This document shows positions 1-9,280 of a DNA stretch of 64,000 nucleotides, one piece after another. The stretch's first letter is position 1. The number at the start of each line of letters is the position of its first letter. This DNA is from an uncultured Granulosicoccaceae bacterium (GTDB lineage: Bacteria > Pseudomonadota > Gammaproteobacteria > CALCKW01). The notes beneath the pieces are model-generated. The model searched no databases. It had not been told where the DNA came from and saw only the letters and a program-made list of their open reading frames with translations. The stretch lies in the NCBI GenBank assembly GCA_937965695.1, contig CALCKW010000059.1:351-64350 (forward strand). The letters run 5' to 3'. Made by a program: the position numbers and the translations under genes.

Positions 1-28
1 AATAAACCAACCCCAGGAGCTTAGAGTT

Positions 29-775
29 TTGAAAGCTATTGTATTTTGTGATATTGACGGGTGCTTGAGCTACGGCAAAAATTGCGCCTTCGATTTGCCT
101 GTGCTTGCGCAGATCAGAGACAGGGTGCCGCGATTGGCAAAAATGGATATCGGTTTTACACTGTGTACCGGTCGGCCTCAACCCTATGCAGAGGCGATGT
201 CTCAGATGCTAGGGACAGACTTGCCTTTGGTCTGTGAAGGTGGCTCGCTGGTGTATGAGCCTATAGGTGATACCTATAGACCGATGGCGGACGTTGACAG
301 CATGCAGGGTATCGCCGAGTTGCAATCGGCCATTCAAAATTCCGACCTGTTGAACGGCGATCTCTACTTTGAAGTGGGCAATGCTTTTAGCATGTGTTTG
401 ACTGGGCCTGCGTTCGCGGGGTGCAGCCACACGGAAATTCGCGCTGAGATGGACCGCTTGATGGCCCTGTATTCTGACTATCCTGTCTCTTGGTCGCACT
501 CCACCAACGCCATCGACGTTACTGCCAAAGGCATAGACAAGGGCACTGGAGTGCGCGCTATTTGTGCTGACTACGATATCGCCTTGGCGCAGACAGCGGG
601 CATTGGTGACAGCAACGGGGATGTAGGTATGTTTAACGTGGTGGCGCGAGGGTATTGCCCCAGTAACGCCAGTGACGAGTTGAAGTCTCTATCTTCATAT
701 ATCTCCGAGAAAAGCTATATGGAGGGTACATTGGCCATTCTGCACGAGATTGAAAAGAATCCTGATTTTCTGTGA
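29..775 (+). CDS. HAD-superfamily hydrolase, subfamily IIB (Cof-like phosphatase)
   Basis: Motif I DIDGCL, motif II CTGR, KGIDKG, motif IV GDSNGD; AGGAG upstream of TTG start. Confidence 0.85.
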   Translation: MKAIVFCDIDGCLSYGKNCAFDLPVLAQIRDRVPRLAKMDIGFTLCTGRPQPYAEAMSQMLGTDLPLVCEGGSLVYEPIGDTYRPMADVDSMQGIAELQSAIQNSDLLNGDLYFEVGNAFSMCLTGPAFAGCSHTEIRAEMDRLMALYSDYPVSWSHSTNAIDVTAKGIDKGTGVRAICADYDIALAQTAGIGDSNGDVGMFNVVARGYCPSNASDELKSLSSYISEKSYMEGTLAILHEIEKNPDFL

Positions 776-907
776 GGCCAGAAGCTACTTTCCCAGTTTT
801 TACCGCGATAAAACACTTGCTGGAAACATAATACATGGGCATTCTGTATATTAGTTCTGGAAGAACGCCCATTTCTGGTGAACGATTTAACTCTGGGAGA
901 GATGTTA

Positions 908-1939
908 ATGAAAAAACTCACGCTCATAGCAACAGGCGTAATGGCTGTGCTGATGTCGACGACCTCTACGGTCGCCATGGCCAAAGATAAAATGACACTG
1001 TATTGCAGCGCGCAAGACGATTGGTGTCAGTTGATGGTCAACAGCTTCGAAGAAGCGACTGGTGTTGACGTGTCAATGACGCGCAAAAGCTCGGGTGAAA
1101 CCTTCGCGCAGATAAAGGCAGAGGCCGCTAATCCCAAGGGCGATGTCTGGTGGGGTGGCACCGGTGACCCGCATCTACAAGCCGCAGAAGAAGGGCTTAC
1201 TGCACCTTATGTCAGTGGTATGCGAGACCAGCTCAACGATTGGTCTATCTCGCAGGCGACATCAGCCGGTGACAAAACCATTGGCATCTATTCGGGTGCG
1301 CTCGGCTATGGCTATAACAGCGATTTACTCGCGGCTAACAACCTACCCGAGCCCGCTTGCTGGCAAGACCTTCTAAAGCCTGAGTACAAAGGCCACGTGC
1401 AGATGGCGAACCCCAATTCATCGGGTACTGCCTATACAACGCTTGCCACCATTGTGCAGTTGTTTGGTGAAGAAGAAGGCTTTGAATTCATGAAAGGCCT
1501 GCACAAGAACATCAACCAATACACTAAGTCAGGTTCTGCACCTATTAAAGCGGCAGCACGGGGTGAAAACACCATCGGTATCGTGTTTATGCATGACGCT
1601 GTAAAGCAGGCCGTTGCTGGTTTTCCGATCAAGGTCGTTGCACCTTGTGAAGGCACGGGTTATGAGATCGGGTCTATGTCGATCATCAAAGACGGCCGTA
1701 ACCCAGAAAGCGCGCAAAAGTTTTACGATTGGGCACTGTCTGCCGAAGCACAAACCTTGGCACTGCAGGTAAACGCTTTTCAGGTTCCGTCAAACATGGG
1801 GGCAGAAACTTCGCCCAGTGCACCTGATCTCGCGTCAATCAAACTGATTGACTATGACTTCAAAAAATACGGATCAAGTGCTGAGCGTAAGCGTTTATTG
1901 CAAAAATGGGATGACGAAGTCTCTGTGTTACCGCAATAG
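908..1939 (+). CDS. afuA: ABC transporter substrate-binding protein, AfuA/FbpA family (likely sugar-phosphate)
   Basis: Signal peptide MKKLTL...AMA; SSGE, NPNSSGTAYT, SGSAP, FMHD, GYEIG motifs; start moved to ATG 908 after GGGAGA. Confidence 0.8.
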   Translation: MKKLTLIATGVMAVLMSTTSTVAMAKDKMTLYCSAQDDWCQLMVNSFEEATGVDVSMTRKSSGETFAQIKAEAANPKGDVWWGGTGDPHLQAAEEGLTAPYVSGMRDQLNDWSISQATSAGDKTIGIYSGALGYGYNSDLLAANNLPEPACWQDLLKPEYKGHVQMANPNSSGTAYTTLATIVQLFGEEEGFEFMKGLHKNINQYTKSGSAPIKAAARGENTIGIVFMHDAVKQAVAGFPIKVVAPCEGTGYEIGSMSIIKDGRNPESAQKFYDWALSAEAQTLALQVNAFQVPSNMGAETSPSAPDLASIKLIDYDFKKYGSSAERKRLLQKWDDEVSVLPQ

Positions 1940-1950
1940 AAAGCTGAGCA

Positions 1951-4167
1951 ATGCGAACAGACCATTCTGAGGCTGTATCCCAACCGGTTTTGATTTTCTG
2001 GATCATTATCGGTTGGGTCGGCTTTATGGTTCTTCCGTGGTATGCCCTAGAAGACGTTTTTTTTTCGTTTGAATGGCTGTTCGACGGGTATCCGTTTGAC
2101 TCGGATTACGCGCCCGCTGCGTTTCTCGTCACGCAAGGCGAGAAACTTTGGTTAGCGCCCCTGGTATTGCCGATAGTCGCCGTGTTGGCGGCTATTGGAC
2201 GAGTAAAGAGCGATCCGCTCTACGCAAAAATTCTCATTGCCTCCAGTGCCTTTGGTTTTGCTTGGCTTCTTTTCCAGGGCTTTGGCATTGGGTTGCGTGG
2301 CTGGCAGTTTGGCACCCTAGAAGCGTTGTTTGGCCCGCTGGGTGATCGCCAATTTGGCATGGGCTATGGCGCGATGTTTATGGCGCTGTCGTTTTTGTTT
2401 TTGTTTACGCAGGGTGTTGCGGCACGAGGCGCCATTAATGGCGACGTTTTTGTCGTCAGCGCCATTGGTGGTGTGATCGCGGTCATCACCATCTTTGTCT
2501 TTTTTCCTATCGCTAAAATGCTCACAGCGGCATTCATCACCGAAGACCAGACATATTCTGTCGTGGTGTTTTTATCCAAATTTCTCGACGACCGCCTTTG
2601 GGGTGTGTCTTGCCTGTCGGGTGGTGGTAAATGTGGTGTCGCTTGGAACTCGCTATTTTTAGCCGTATCCGTTGGCGCAATCACTACCGTCTTAGGGTTG
2701 GTGTTTGCCTTGGTGGTGACGCGCTCGGGCTTTAAACACAAGCGTGTCTTGCGCGCACTGACGGTATTGCCGATCATCACGCCGCCGTTTGTTATTGGCC
2801 TCGCTATTATTTTGCTCTTTGGTCTATCGGGTTCTGTCACCACCTTTGTGGCTGACGTGTTTGGTATACAGCCCACGCGCTGGGTTTATGGCTTGCCGGG
2901 TGTGATGATCGCGCAAGTGTTGGCTTTTACGCCCATCGCCTTTTTAGTGTTGATCGGTGTGGTTGAAGGGGTTAGCCCGTCGATGGAAGAGGCCGCGCAA
3001 ACGCTGCGTGCCAGTAAGTGGCAAGTGTTTCGCACGGTGTCTTTTCCGTTGATGCGGCCAGGGTTGGCTAATGCCTTTCTTTTAGGTTTTATTGAAAGCA
3101 TGGCCGATTTTGGCAACCCTTTGGTATTGGGTGGCAATTACGACGTGTTGTCCACCGAGATATTTTTTGCCATCGTTGGTGCACAGTATGACCAAGGGCA
3201 GGCGGCAGTACTGGCCATTGTGTTGTTGGCGTTTACGCTGGGTGCCTTTTACGCGCAGCGGTTTTGGTTGGGAAAAAAGTCTTACACAACGGTATCGGGC
3301 AAGGGCGACGCGGGTGTGCACCCGACCATGCCAAGCCGTTTGGCCATTCCTGTCTATGTTGTTGCAATTGTCTGGGCCCTGTTCACGGTTGTCATTTACT
3401 GCATGATCGTCTTTGGCAGCTTTGTCGAGTTGTGGGGCGTCAACAACACGCTCACGTTTAAACACTACGTCACTGCGTTTTCTTTTTCGTGGGGTGATGG
3501 GGATATCCGCTGGACCGGCGCTGCGTGGAATAGCTTTTGGACAACCATCCAGATTGCCGCGATTGCTGCGCCACTGACGGCTGCACTCGGTTTGTTAACC
3601 GCCTATTTACTGACGCGGCAAAACTTTGCAGGTAAATCCAGTTTTGAGTTTGGCACCATGCTGAGCTTTGCGATTCCGGGAACGGTGATTGGTGTCAGTT
3701 ATATTTTGGCGTTTAATGTGCCGCCGTTAGAGCTGACTGGGACAGGAATTATCTTGGTGATCAGCTTTGTTTTTAGAAACATGCCGGTGGGCGTGCGTGC
3801 CGGAATTGCTTCAATGTCGCAGCTGGATAAAAGCTTGGACGAGAGTTCGCTGACGTTGGGTGCCAACAGTTGGCAAACCTTCAGGCGGATAATTTTGCCG
3901 CTGCTTAAACCCGCCATTTTAGCGGCGTTAGTCTACAGTTTTGTGCGTGCGATGACGGCGGTATCAGCGGTGATATTTTTGGTCAGCGCTGAGTACGACA
4001 TGGCGACCAGCTACATTATTGGCCGCGTAGAAAACAACGATTACGGACTTGCCATTGCTTATTCAACGACGTTGATTATTGTCATGCTGGTGGCTGTTGG
4101 TGCAATGCAACTGGCGGTTGGCCGCACGGCCATCGGTCGGCGTATGTCCACTAAGCCCGAATCCTAG
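1951..4167 (+). CDS. afuB: ABC transporter permease with two BPD_transp domains (AfuB/FbpB type)
   Basis: Many TM helices; two EAA-type loops (EEAAQTLRA, DESSLTLGA); follows binding protein. Confidence 0.85.
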   Translation: MRTDHSEAVSQPVLIFWIIIGWVGFMVLPWYALEDVFFSFEWLFDGYPFDSDYAPAAFLVTQGEKLWLAPLVLPIVAVLAAIGRVKSDPLYAKILIASSAFGFAWLLFQGFGIGLRGWQFGTLEALFGPLGDRQFGMGYGAMFMALSFLFLFTQGVAARGAINGDVFVVSAIGGVIAVITIFVFFPIAKMLTAAFITEDQTYSVVVFLSKFLDDRLWGVSCLSGGGKCGVAWNSLFLAVSVGAITTVLGLVFALVVTRSGFKHKRVLRALTVLPIITPPFVIGLAIILLFGLSGSVTTFVADVFGIQPTRWVYGLPGVMIAQVLAFTPIAFLVLIGVVEGVSPSMEEAAQTLRASKWQVFRTVSFPLMRPGLANAFLLGFIESMADFGNPLVLGGNYDVLSTEIFFAIVGAQYDQGQAAVLAIVLLAFTLGAFYAQRFWLGKKSYTTVSGKGDAGVHPTMPSRLAIPVYVVAIVWALFTVVIYCMIVFGSFVELWGVNNTLTFKHYVTAFSFSWGDGDIRWTGAAWNSFWTTIQIAAIAAPLTAALGLLTAYLLTRQNFAGKSSFEFGTMLSFAIPGTVIGVSYILAFNVPPLELTGTGIILVISFVFRNMPVGVRAGIASMSQLDKSLDESSLTLGANSWQTFRRIILPLLKPAILAALVYSFVRAMTAVSAVIFLVSAEYDMATSYIIGRVENNDYGLAIAYSTTLIIVMLVAVGAMQLAVGRTAIGRRMSTKPES

Positions 4168-4177
4168 GAGAGATGCA

Positions 4178-5257
4178 ATGGTAGATATAATAAATAGCAA
4201 GGCCGCATCTGTCCGGTTTGAAGGTGTGTCTAAAACTTACGGCACAGATGTTCTGGCCGTGGACGACATTTCGTTAACCATAGAACCCAGCACCCTAGTG
4301 ACGTTGTTAGGGCCCTCGGGCTGTGGCAAAACAACAACCTTGCGCATGATCGCCGGTTTAGAGATCGCGTCAAAAGGGCGTATTTTAATCGGCGACAAAG
4401 ACGTCACCAAATTGCCAGCCACCGATCGTGACGTGTCAATGGTGTTTCAGTCCTATGCGTTATTTCCGCACATGACGGTGATGGAAAACGTGGCTTATGG
4501 CCTCAACTACAGTGGGTTCAACAAAGCTGAATCGCGTGATCGCGCGATCGCGGGTCTGGAGATTGTTGGGCTGGCAGGTTTTGAGAAACGGTTGCCGAGT
4601 GAATTATCGGGTGGCCAACAACAGCGTGTTGCTGTGGCACGTGCGTTGGTGTTGGAACCGCAAGTTTTGTTGTTTGATGAACCCTTGTCTAACTTGGATG
4701 CCAAGCTACGTCGACAAGTACGTGAGGAAATCCGTGAGATTCAACAAAACCTTGGGCTGACGGTAGTTTATGTCACGCACGACCAAGAAGAAGCACTGGC
4801 GGTGTCCGATCGCATTATTGTGATGCGCAACGCCGCGATTGCGCAGGAGGGCACGCCCCGCGAATTGTTTGAAGCACCCGTGGATGCCTTTGTGGCTGAT
4901 TTTATCGGCGAGGCCAATTTAATTCCCTGCCAGATCGAAAAGGTTACTGGGGAGATGGCAGATATAAGCATTGGTGACTACCAATATTCTTTGCCTGCGC
5001 GTGGCATGTCTCCGGGTGCAGCGACAGTTGCAGTGCGACCAAGCCGTGTTCAGATCTTGGCCAGCGGTACTCCCGATATGATCTCCGCCAATATTGCAAA
5101 AGCCACCTACGTGGGCGGACACATGGAATACACCTTAGATACGCCATTTGGGGCACTGTTTGCCATGTCGGGTGACGTTGATCAGCCCTTTGCTGTTGAC
5201 CAAGAAGTGGCCATGAGTTTTTCAGGGTCTGGGCCTGTATTACTTCCCAAACGTTAG
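4178..5257 (+). CDS. afuC: ABC transporter ATP-binding subunit (AfuC/PotA type, TOBE C-terminus)
   Basis: Walker A GPSGCGKT, LSGGQQQR, Walker B LLFDEP; ATG 4178 after AGGAG. Confidence 0.9.
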   Translation: MVDIINSKAASVRFEGVSKTYGTDVLAVDDISLTIEPSTLVTLLGPSGCGKTTTLRMIAGLEIASKGRILIGDKDVTKLPATDRDVSMVFQSYALFPHMTVMENVAYGLNYSGFNKAESRDRAIAGLEIVGLAGFEKRLPSELSGGQQQRVAVARALVLEPQVLLFDEPLSNLDAKLRRQVREEIREIQQNLGLTVVYVTHDQEEALAVSDRIIVMRNAAIAQEGTPRELFEAPVDAFVADFIGEANLIPCQIEKVTGEMADISIGDYQYSLPARGMSPGAATVAVRPSRVQILASGTPDMISANIAKATYVGGHMEYTLDTPFGALFAMSGDVDQPFAVDQEVAMSFSGSGPVLLPKR

Positions 5258-5373
5258 ATTTTCAACTGTGTCGAACCATCAGACTAAAACGACTGTAATT
5301 TTGGCATTATTTTAATTGCACCCTTGCGGTTAATCTGATGGTGCGTGGTCGGATCATCCGCGGGTAACCGCGC

Positions 5374-5404
5374 AAAAAAAAGCACCGTCTTGACGGTGCT
5401 TTTT
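5374..5404. terminator. Bidirectional rho-independent terminator
   Basis: A8-GCACCGT-cttg-ACGGTGC-T5 between convergent genes. Confidence 0.85.
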
Positions 5405-5415
5405 CTTTGGCTTTT

Positions 5416-6447
5416 TTAGTCTTGTGGAGGCGGTCGATTGCCATTGGCGTCACCATCCGGTGGTGGACCGCCCGGGCCGCGCTCAATTTTTACACTGTCG
5501 CCGCTGAAGCAACCGATAAACATGTTTTCGGCGGGGCTGGCTGCGTGGTAGTGGTAGCCTCTTACCGCATCGGTTGCGCCTCGACACTCATCGAGATCGG
5601 TGTGTTCTTCTCCGCTGCTGTTGGTCATTGCATAGATACCGTATCCGTCTCTCGCGTATGCGATTAATGGTGCGTGACCGTCGTCGGGGGCGGCTGTTTC
5701 CGTGCAACCAGTAGCAGCGTGGTAGTGGTATCCGTCATTGGGGTTGACGTGGCCGCCGCAGTCGTCAAAGGCCGCAATGGTGTAGGCACCGAGAATCGCG
5801 TGCACGGGGGCTGCTGCGGCGAGTACCACACCGTTGAGTGATACACCGACGTCTCCACTGATAGCTTCAGGGTTATCGAGTTTAACGGGGTTTACCGGAA
5901 TAAGCAGCGTATGGCTCACGGCCCCACCGGTGTAATCAAGGGAGCATTCTACGCAATGGTTTTGGTATTGCTCGTCCACGTCAGGTCTGGCAGCTGCTCT
6001 GCAGGCGGCCTCCGTGTCGGTAATATGCACAAGGCCTGTGTCTGCGTCGTACAGTTGCCAGTGCTCGTCGTTATAAAGGTCAGGCAGGTTTTTGATAAAC
6101 TCGCCGTCTGCGTCGTGCACCTCTCCTGATCCATCGAACCAGATACCGGCATCCTCCGCGCCGTCCGTGATACTGCGAGGGCAAAAGGGTCCAACGTTTG
6201 CGTTGACGGGCGCACCCGCGATGGTGATGCGGTAGCAAGTGGTTTCAAGACCACTGCTGAGTGTGCAGTTCTCAGTGGCGATGTCTTCGACGAGCGCATC
6301 GTGCAAAAATTGTGAAGGGTCGATTGCACCTACTACAGCACTCTGTGTGCTCACAGCTTCAACTACTTCGTTACTGTTATTGCAGGCAACAACAAGCGCA
6401 GGTAAAGCAATGCTAAGCCCTAAGGCCCGTACAGATTTTGTTTTCAT
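5416..6447 (-). CDS. YHYH-domain lipoprotein (paralog 1)
   Basis: Lipobox VVAC; FDDCGGHVNPNDGYHYHA and LDECRG...GYHYHA; Gly/Pro-rich tail. Confidence 0.8.
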   Translation of the reverse strand: MKTKSVRALGLSIALPALVVACNNSNEVVEAVSTQSAVVGAIDPSQFLHDALVEDIATENCTLSSGLETTCYRITIAGAPVNANVGPFCPRSITDGAEDAGIWFDGSGEVHDADGEFIKNLPDLYNDEHWQLYDADTGLVHITDTEAACRAAARPDVDEQYQNHCVECSLDYTGGAVSHTLLIPVNPVKLDNPEAISGDVGVSLNGVVLAAAAPVHAILGAYTIAAFDDCGGHVNPNDGYHYHAATGCTETAAPDDGHAPLIAYARDGYGIYAMTNSSGEEHTDLDECRGATDAVRGYHYHAASPAENMFIGCFSGDSVKIERGPGGPPPDGDANGNRPPPQD

Positions 6448-6535
6448 GAAAAGCTCACTTTGTTGCGCTGATGGCTGCGCTTAACAATAAGTTGGTTGAT
6501 AAATGGTCGGACAACTGTAGTGGTATCGGTCTGTC

Positions 6536-6790
6536 CTAATGATTGTGTTCAGCTTTACTTTGCTCCGTGAGAAATTCGATGGGCTTTTGCCGGACGCACA
6601 TCAACTGCCCGTTAAAGGATTGGCAACTGCCGGTGTAGCGCGCTTGCCTTAATGTATAGCTGCAGGGATCTTTTAATTGATTGACGTCGCAGGCTTGTCT
6701 GGCAACGTGTTTATTCGACAGCTCATGCGCCTGGCTGTTGCAGCACAGACTTGCAAAAATAACTGTTACAGCGATAGTTGGTTTTTTCAT
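6536..6790 (-). CDS. Small secreted Cys-rich hypothetical protein
   Basis: Signal peptide, four mature-region Cys (AC...PC...SC...MC), His-ending tail; co-oriented between YHYH genes. Confidence 0.6.
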   Translation of the reverse strand: MKKPTIAVTVIFASLCCNSQAHELSNKHVARQACDVNQLKDPCSYTLRQARYTGSCQSFNGQLMCVRQKPIEFLTEQSKAEHNH

Positions 6791-6846
6791 CTGAATACCT
6801 AGGGTGCAGGCGGTGATTGGAGCCGCCTGACAGAGTCTAATTTAGA

Positions 6847-7857
6847 TTATTCGGGTGGTGGCCCACCACCGGGTCCGCCACCTTGTCCGGTAGCAACGGC
6901 AACAGTGTCTCCGTGAAAACAACCAATAAACATATTCTCAGCTGCACTCGCTGCGTGATAGTGGTAGCCACGAATGTCGTCGTTGGCCCCGCGGCATTGA
7001 TCTAGGTCTGTGTGTTCTTCACCTGCCGCGTTAGTCATTGCATAAATACCATAGCCATCGCGTGCATAGCCAATCATCGGTGCGTGTTCGTCCGGTTGAT
7101 CCACGACTTCGCTGCAGCCGGTGGCTGCATGGTAGTGATAGCCTTCGTTAGGGTTAACATGGCCGCCGCAGTCGTCGAATGCTGCGATTGTGTAGTTGCT
7201 CAATATGTCATCCACGGATGCAGACAGCGCCATGACAACACCATTGAGAGCAACACCTGTATCGCCACTTAATGCAGCTGGTTCTTCGAGCGGGACGGGG
7301 GTGACGGGTATCTGGAAGGTCAGTTCTATTCCGCCGTCGTAGTAGGCAATATCGCACACAACACACTTGTATTTGTACGCTTCTTCAACGTTTGGTTGGG
7401 CGGCACCTTCGCATGCTGCTTGTGTGTCGGTGACGTAAACGTCGCCTGTTGCTTGATCGTGTAGCACCCAGTTTGGGTCGTTGTAGGTTGTCGCTAAATT
7501 TTCGATGAACGAACCCGTCAGGTCGTACAGCGCGCCCGTGCCGTCAAACCAAATACCGACAGATTCAGCGGTGTCGGAAGTATTGCTTGGGCAGAAAGGA
7601 CCAATATCAGCGCCGTCGTTGACAGGGTTTCCCACAATGGTGATGCTGTAGCAGGTGGTTTCAACACCTGAGCTTAGCGTGCAGCGCTCGGTGCTAATGT
7701 CTCGGGAAAGGCCAGCATTGAGGAATAGGGATGGGTCAACGGGTATAGACGTCGTTGTTGTATCTGTAGTACCTGATGTGCTGTCGGAGTTGCTGTCGCA
7801 AGCAACAAGTATCACAGGTGCTATGACACTTAGCCCCAAGACCCATGAATATTTCAC
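6847..7857 (-). CDS. YHYH-domain lipoprotein (paralog 2)
   Basis: Lipobox LVAC; same twin GYHYHA motifs; GTG 7857 has AGAGGG upstream (alternative start 7884). Confidence 0.8.
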   Translation of the reverse strand: MKYSWVLGLSVIAPVILVACDSNSDSTSGTTDTTTTSIPVDPSLFLNAGLSRDISTERCTLSSGVETTCYSITIVGNPVNDGADIGPFCPSNTSDTAESVGIWFDGTGALYDLTGSFIENLATTYNDPNWVLHDQATGDVYVTDTQAACEGAAQPNVEEAYKYKCVVCDIAYYDGGIELTFQIPVTPVPLEEPAALSGDTGVALNGVVMALSASVDDILSNYTIAAFDDCGGHVNPNEGYHYHAATGCSEVVDQPDEHAPMIGYARDGYGIYAMTNAAGEEHTDLDQCRGANDDIRGYHYHAASAAENMFIGCFHGDTVAVATGQGGGPGGGPPPE

Positions 7858-7932
7858 ACGTATATATCCCTCTGTTCTTGACACACTCGCTCTGCCATTA
7901 CTGCCGTTATTTTACGAGGGATACTAGAGACT

Positions 7933-7951
7933 AATTGTGGAGGAATTGTGG
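7933..7951. promoter_or_regulatory. Direct repeat AATTGTGG-N3-AATTGTGG, candidate OmpR/BaeR-family response regulator site
   Basis: Two 8-mers with 11-bp period directly upstream of the YHYH operon. Confidence 0.45.
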
Positions 7952-8015
7952 TGGTTAGAAATAATTGTTTTTAGTGGGGGAGCTGGGCTGCTTATACTCC
8001 AGTGTTTTCTACCAT

Positions 8016-8534
8016 TTAGGCGGATGAAAAACTGGCTAAAGCGAAGCAAATGGTTTGAGTATAGGTGCTTCGGCGGTTGTAGTTGTCTCGGGTAAGCAAG
8101 CCAATAGCGCCTCCTTTCTGTTTGGCATTTTGGGTGCCAAAAACACGGTCACAGGCGTGGCCTAGTTCCAGCCCTTGCTCGATCAATGCTGTGATGGCCT
8201 GCGGCAGTGGCAGGCTTGTGCTTCGAGATTGGCTTATGCGGCCATCTTTGTGCCTGACTACAATCCAGGCGAAAGTGCTTATTTGACCGTACAAGGTGTC
8301 GATGCCTCCCTCTATGCCCACGCAATAGTTGACCTCTGGGTGGTTCGTGGCCAAGGCCATCACTCGGTTGTGCGCCCCGTGCCATGTCTCCTTGTCGCTG
8401 AGTGGTTGATCTGCTACGCCCGAATCCACGCTTAATCCTTCAAAATGGCACTCTAACTGTGGCAGGCACATCGCAAAGGCGTCTTCGACCGCGCCTATTT
8501 TTACAGGGTTTAGTGAGGCGATAAGCACACGCAT
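8016..8534 (-). CDS. yjjX: Inosine/xanthosine triphosphatase
   Basis: ASLNPVK, SGVADQP, GIEGGI, ELGHACD, KQKGGAIGLLT. Confidence 0.9.
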   Translation of the reverse strand: MRVLIASLNPVKIGAVEDAFAMCLPQLECHFEGLSVDSGVADQPLSDKETWHGAHNRVMALATNHPEVNYCVGIEGGIDTLYGQISTFAWIVVRHKDGRISQSRSTSLPLPQAITALIEQGLELGHACDRVFGTQNAKQKGGAIGLLTRDNYNRRSTYTQTICFALASFSSA

Positions 8535-8658
8535 AGAGCACTCCAATTATCTGGTTTAAGGCTATTGTTAAGGGGCATCAGATGGAATGCAATAGTTGGA
8601 GTCTTGGCATCTCGTGCAATTTTTTGTGCCGTTATAACCGAGGGGGAGAGACAAAGCC

Positions 8659-9102
8659 GTGAGTGGGCTGTTTGACTGGGGGTTGACTGGGATGTTTGTC
8701 GCAGCCTTTTTGGCCGCGACAATCCTTCCCTTGGGTTCGGAGGTGGTTTTTGGGACTCTGCTGCAACAGGGCGTTACGCCGTTGTGGTTAATCCTGGTAG
8801 CAACGGTCGGCAATGTCTTGGGTTCACTTGTCAATTACGCTCTGGGCGTATGGGGCGGGACGGCTGTGGCCAAGCGTTGGCTCAAAATGTCCGATGATGA
8901 TTTGGCACTTGCCGAGTCTCGGTTTCAACGCTTTGGCTTGGCGTCACTGCTGTTTGCTTGGGTGCCCATTATCGGTGATCCACTGACGGTGATTGCTGGG
9001 TTTTTAAAAGTACCACTGTTGTGGTTTTTGATTTTAGTCACTTTAGGTAAGCTCTCGCGCTATTGCGTGTTGGCATATGTGTTGTTGGCGACTCTCGCTT
9101 AG
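8659..9102 (+). CDS. yqaA: YqaA family (DedA/VTT) membrane protein
   Basis: FLAATILPLGSE, GNVLGS, WVPIIGDPLT. Confidence 0.85.
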   Translation: MSGLFDWGLTGMFVAAFLAATILPLGSEVVFGTLLQQGVTPLWLILVATVGNVLGSLVNYALGVWGGTAVAKRWLKMSDDDLALAESRFQRFGLASLLFAWVPIIGDPLTVIAGFLKVPLLWFLILVTLGKLSRYCVLAYVLLATLA

Positions 9103-9280
9103 TTGCAAGAAATGGATTATCCCTATAACTTTCTACAAAGTTGGCATCACCATAAGCACGCGCTGAGTGGGGTGTTATGTGCCTACTTCTGTGTTAATCA
9201 TGGTACTTTATCTCTACTGTTTTCAGTTTGCTTTGATTCTTAGTCTGCTCCTAAACGCAGCTGGCTACGGAGTATCGTTT

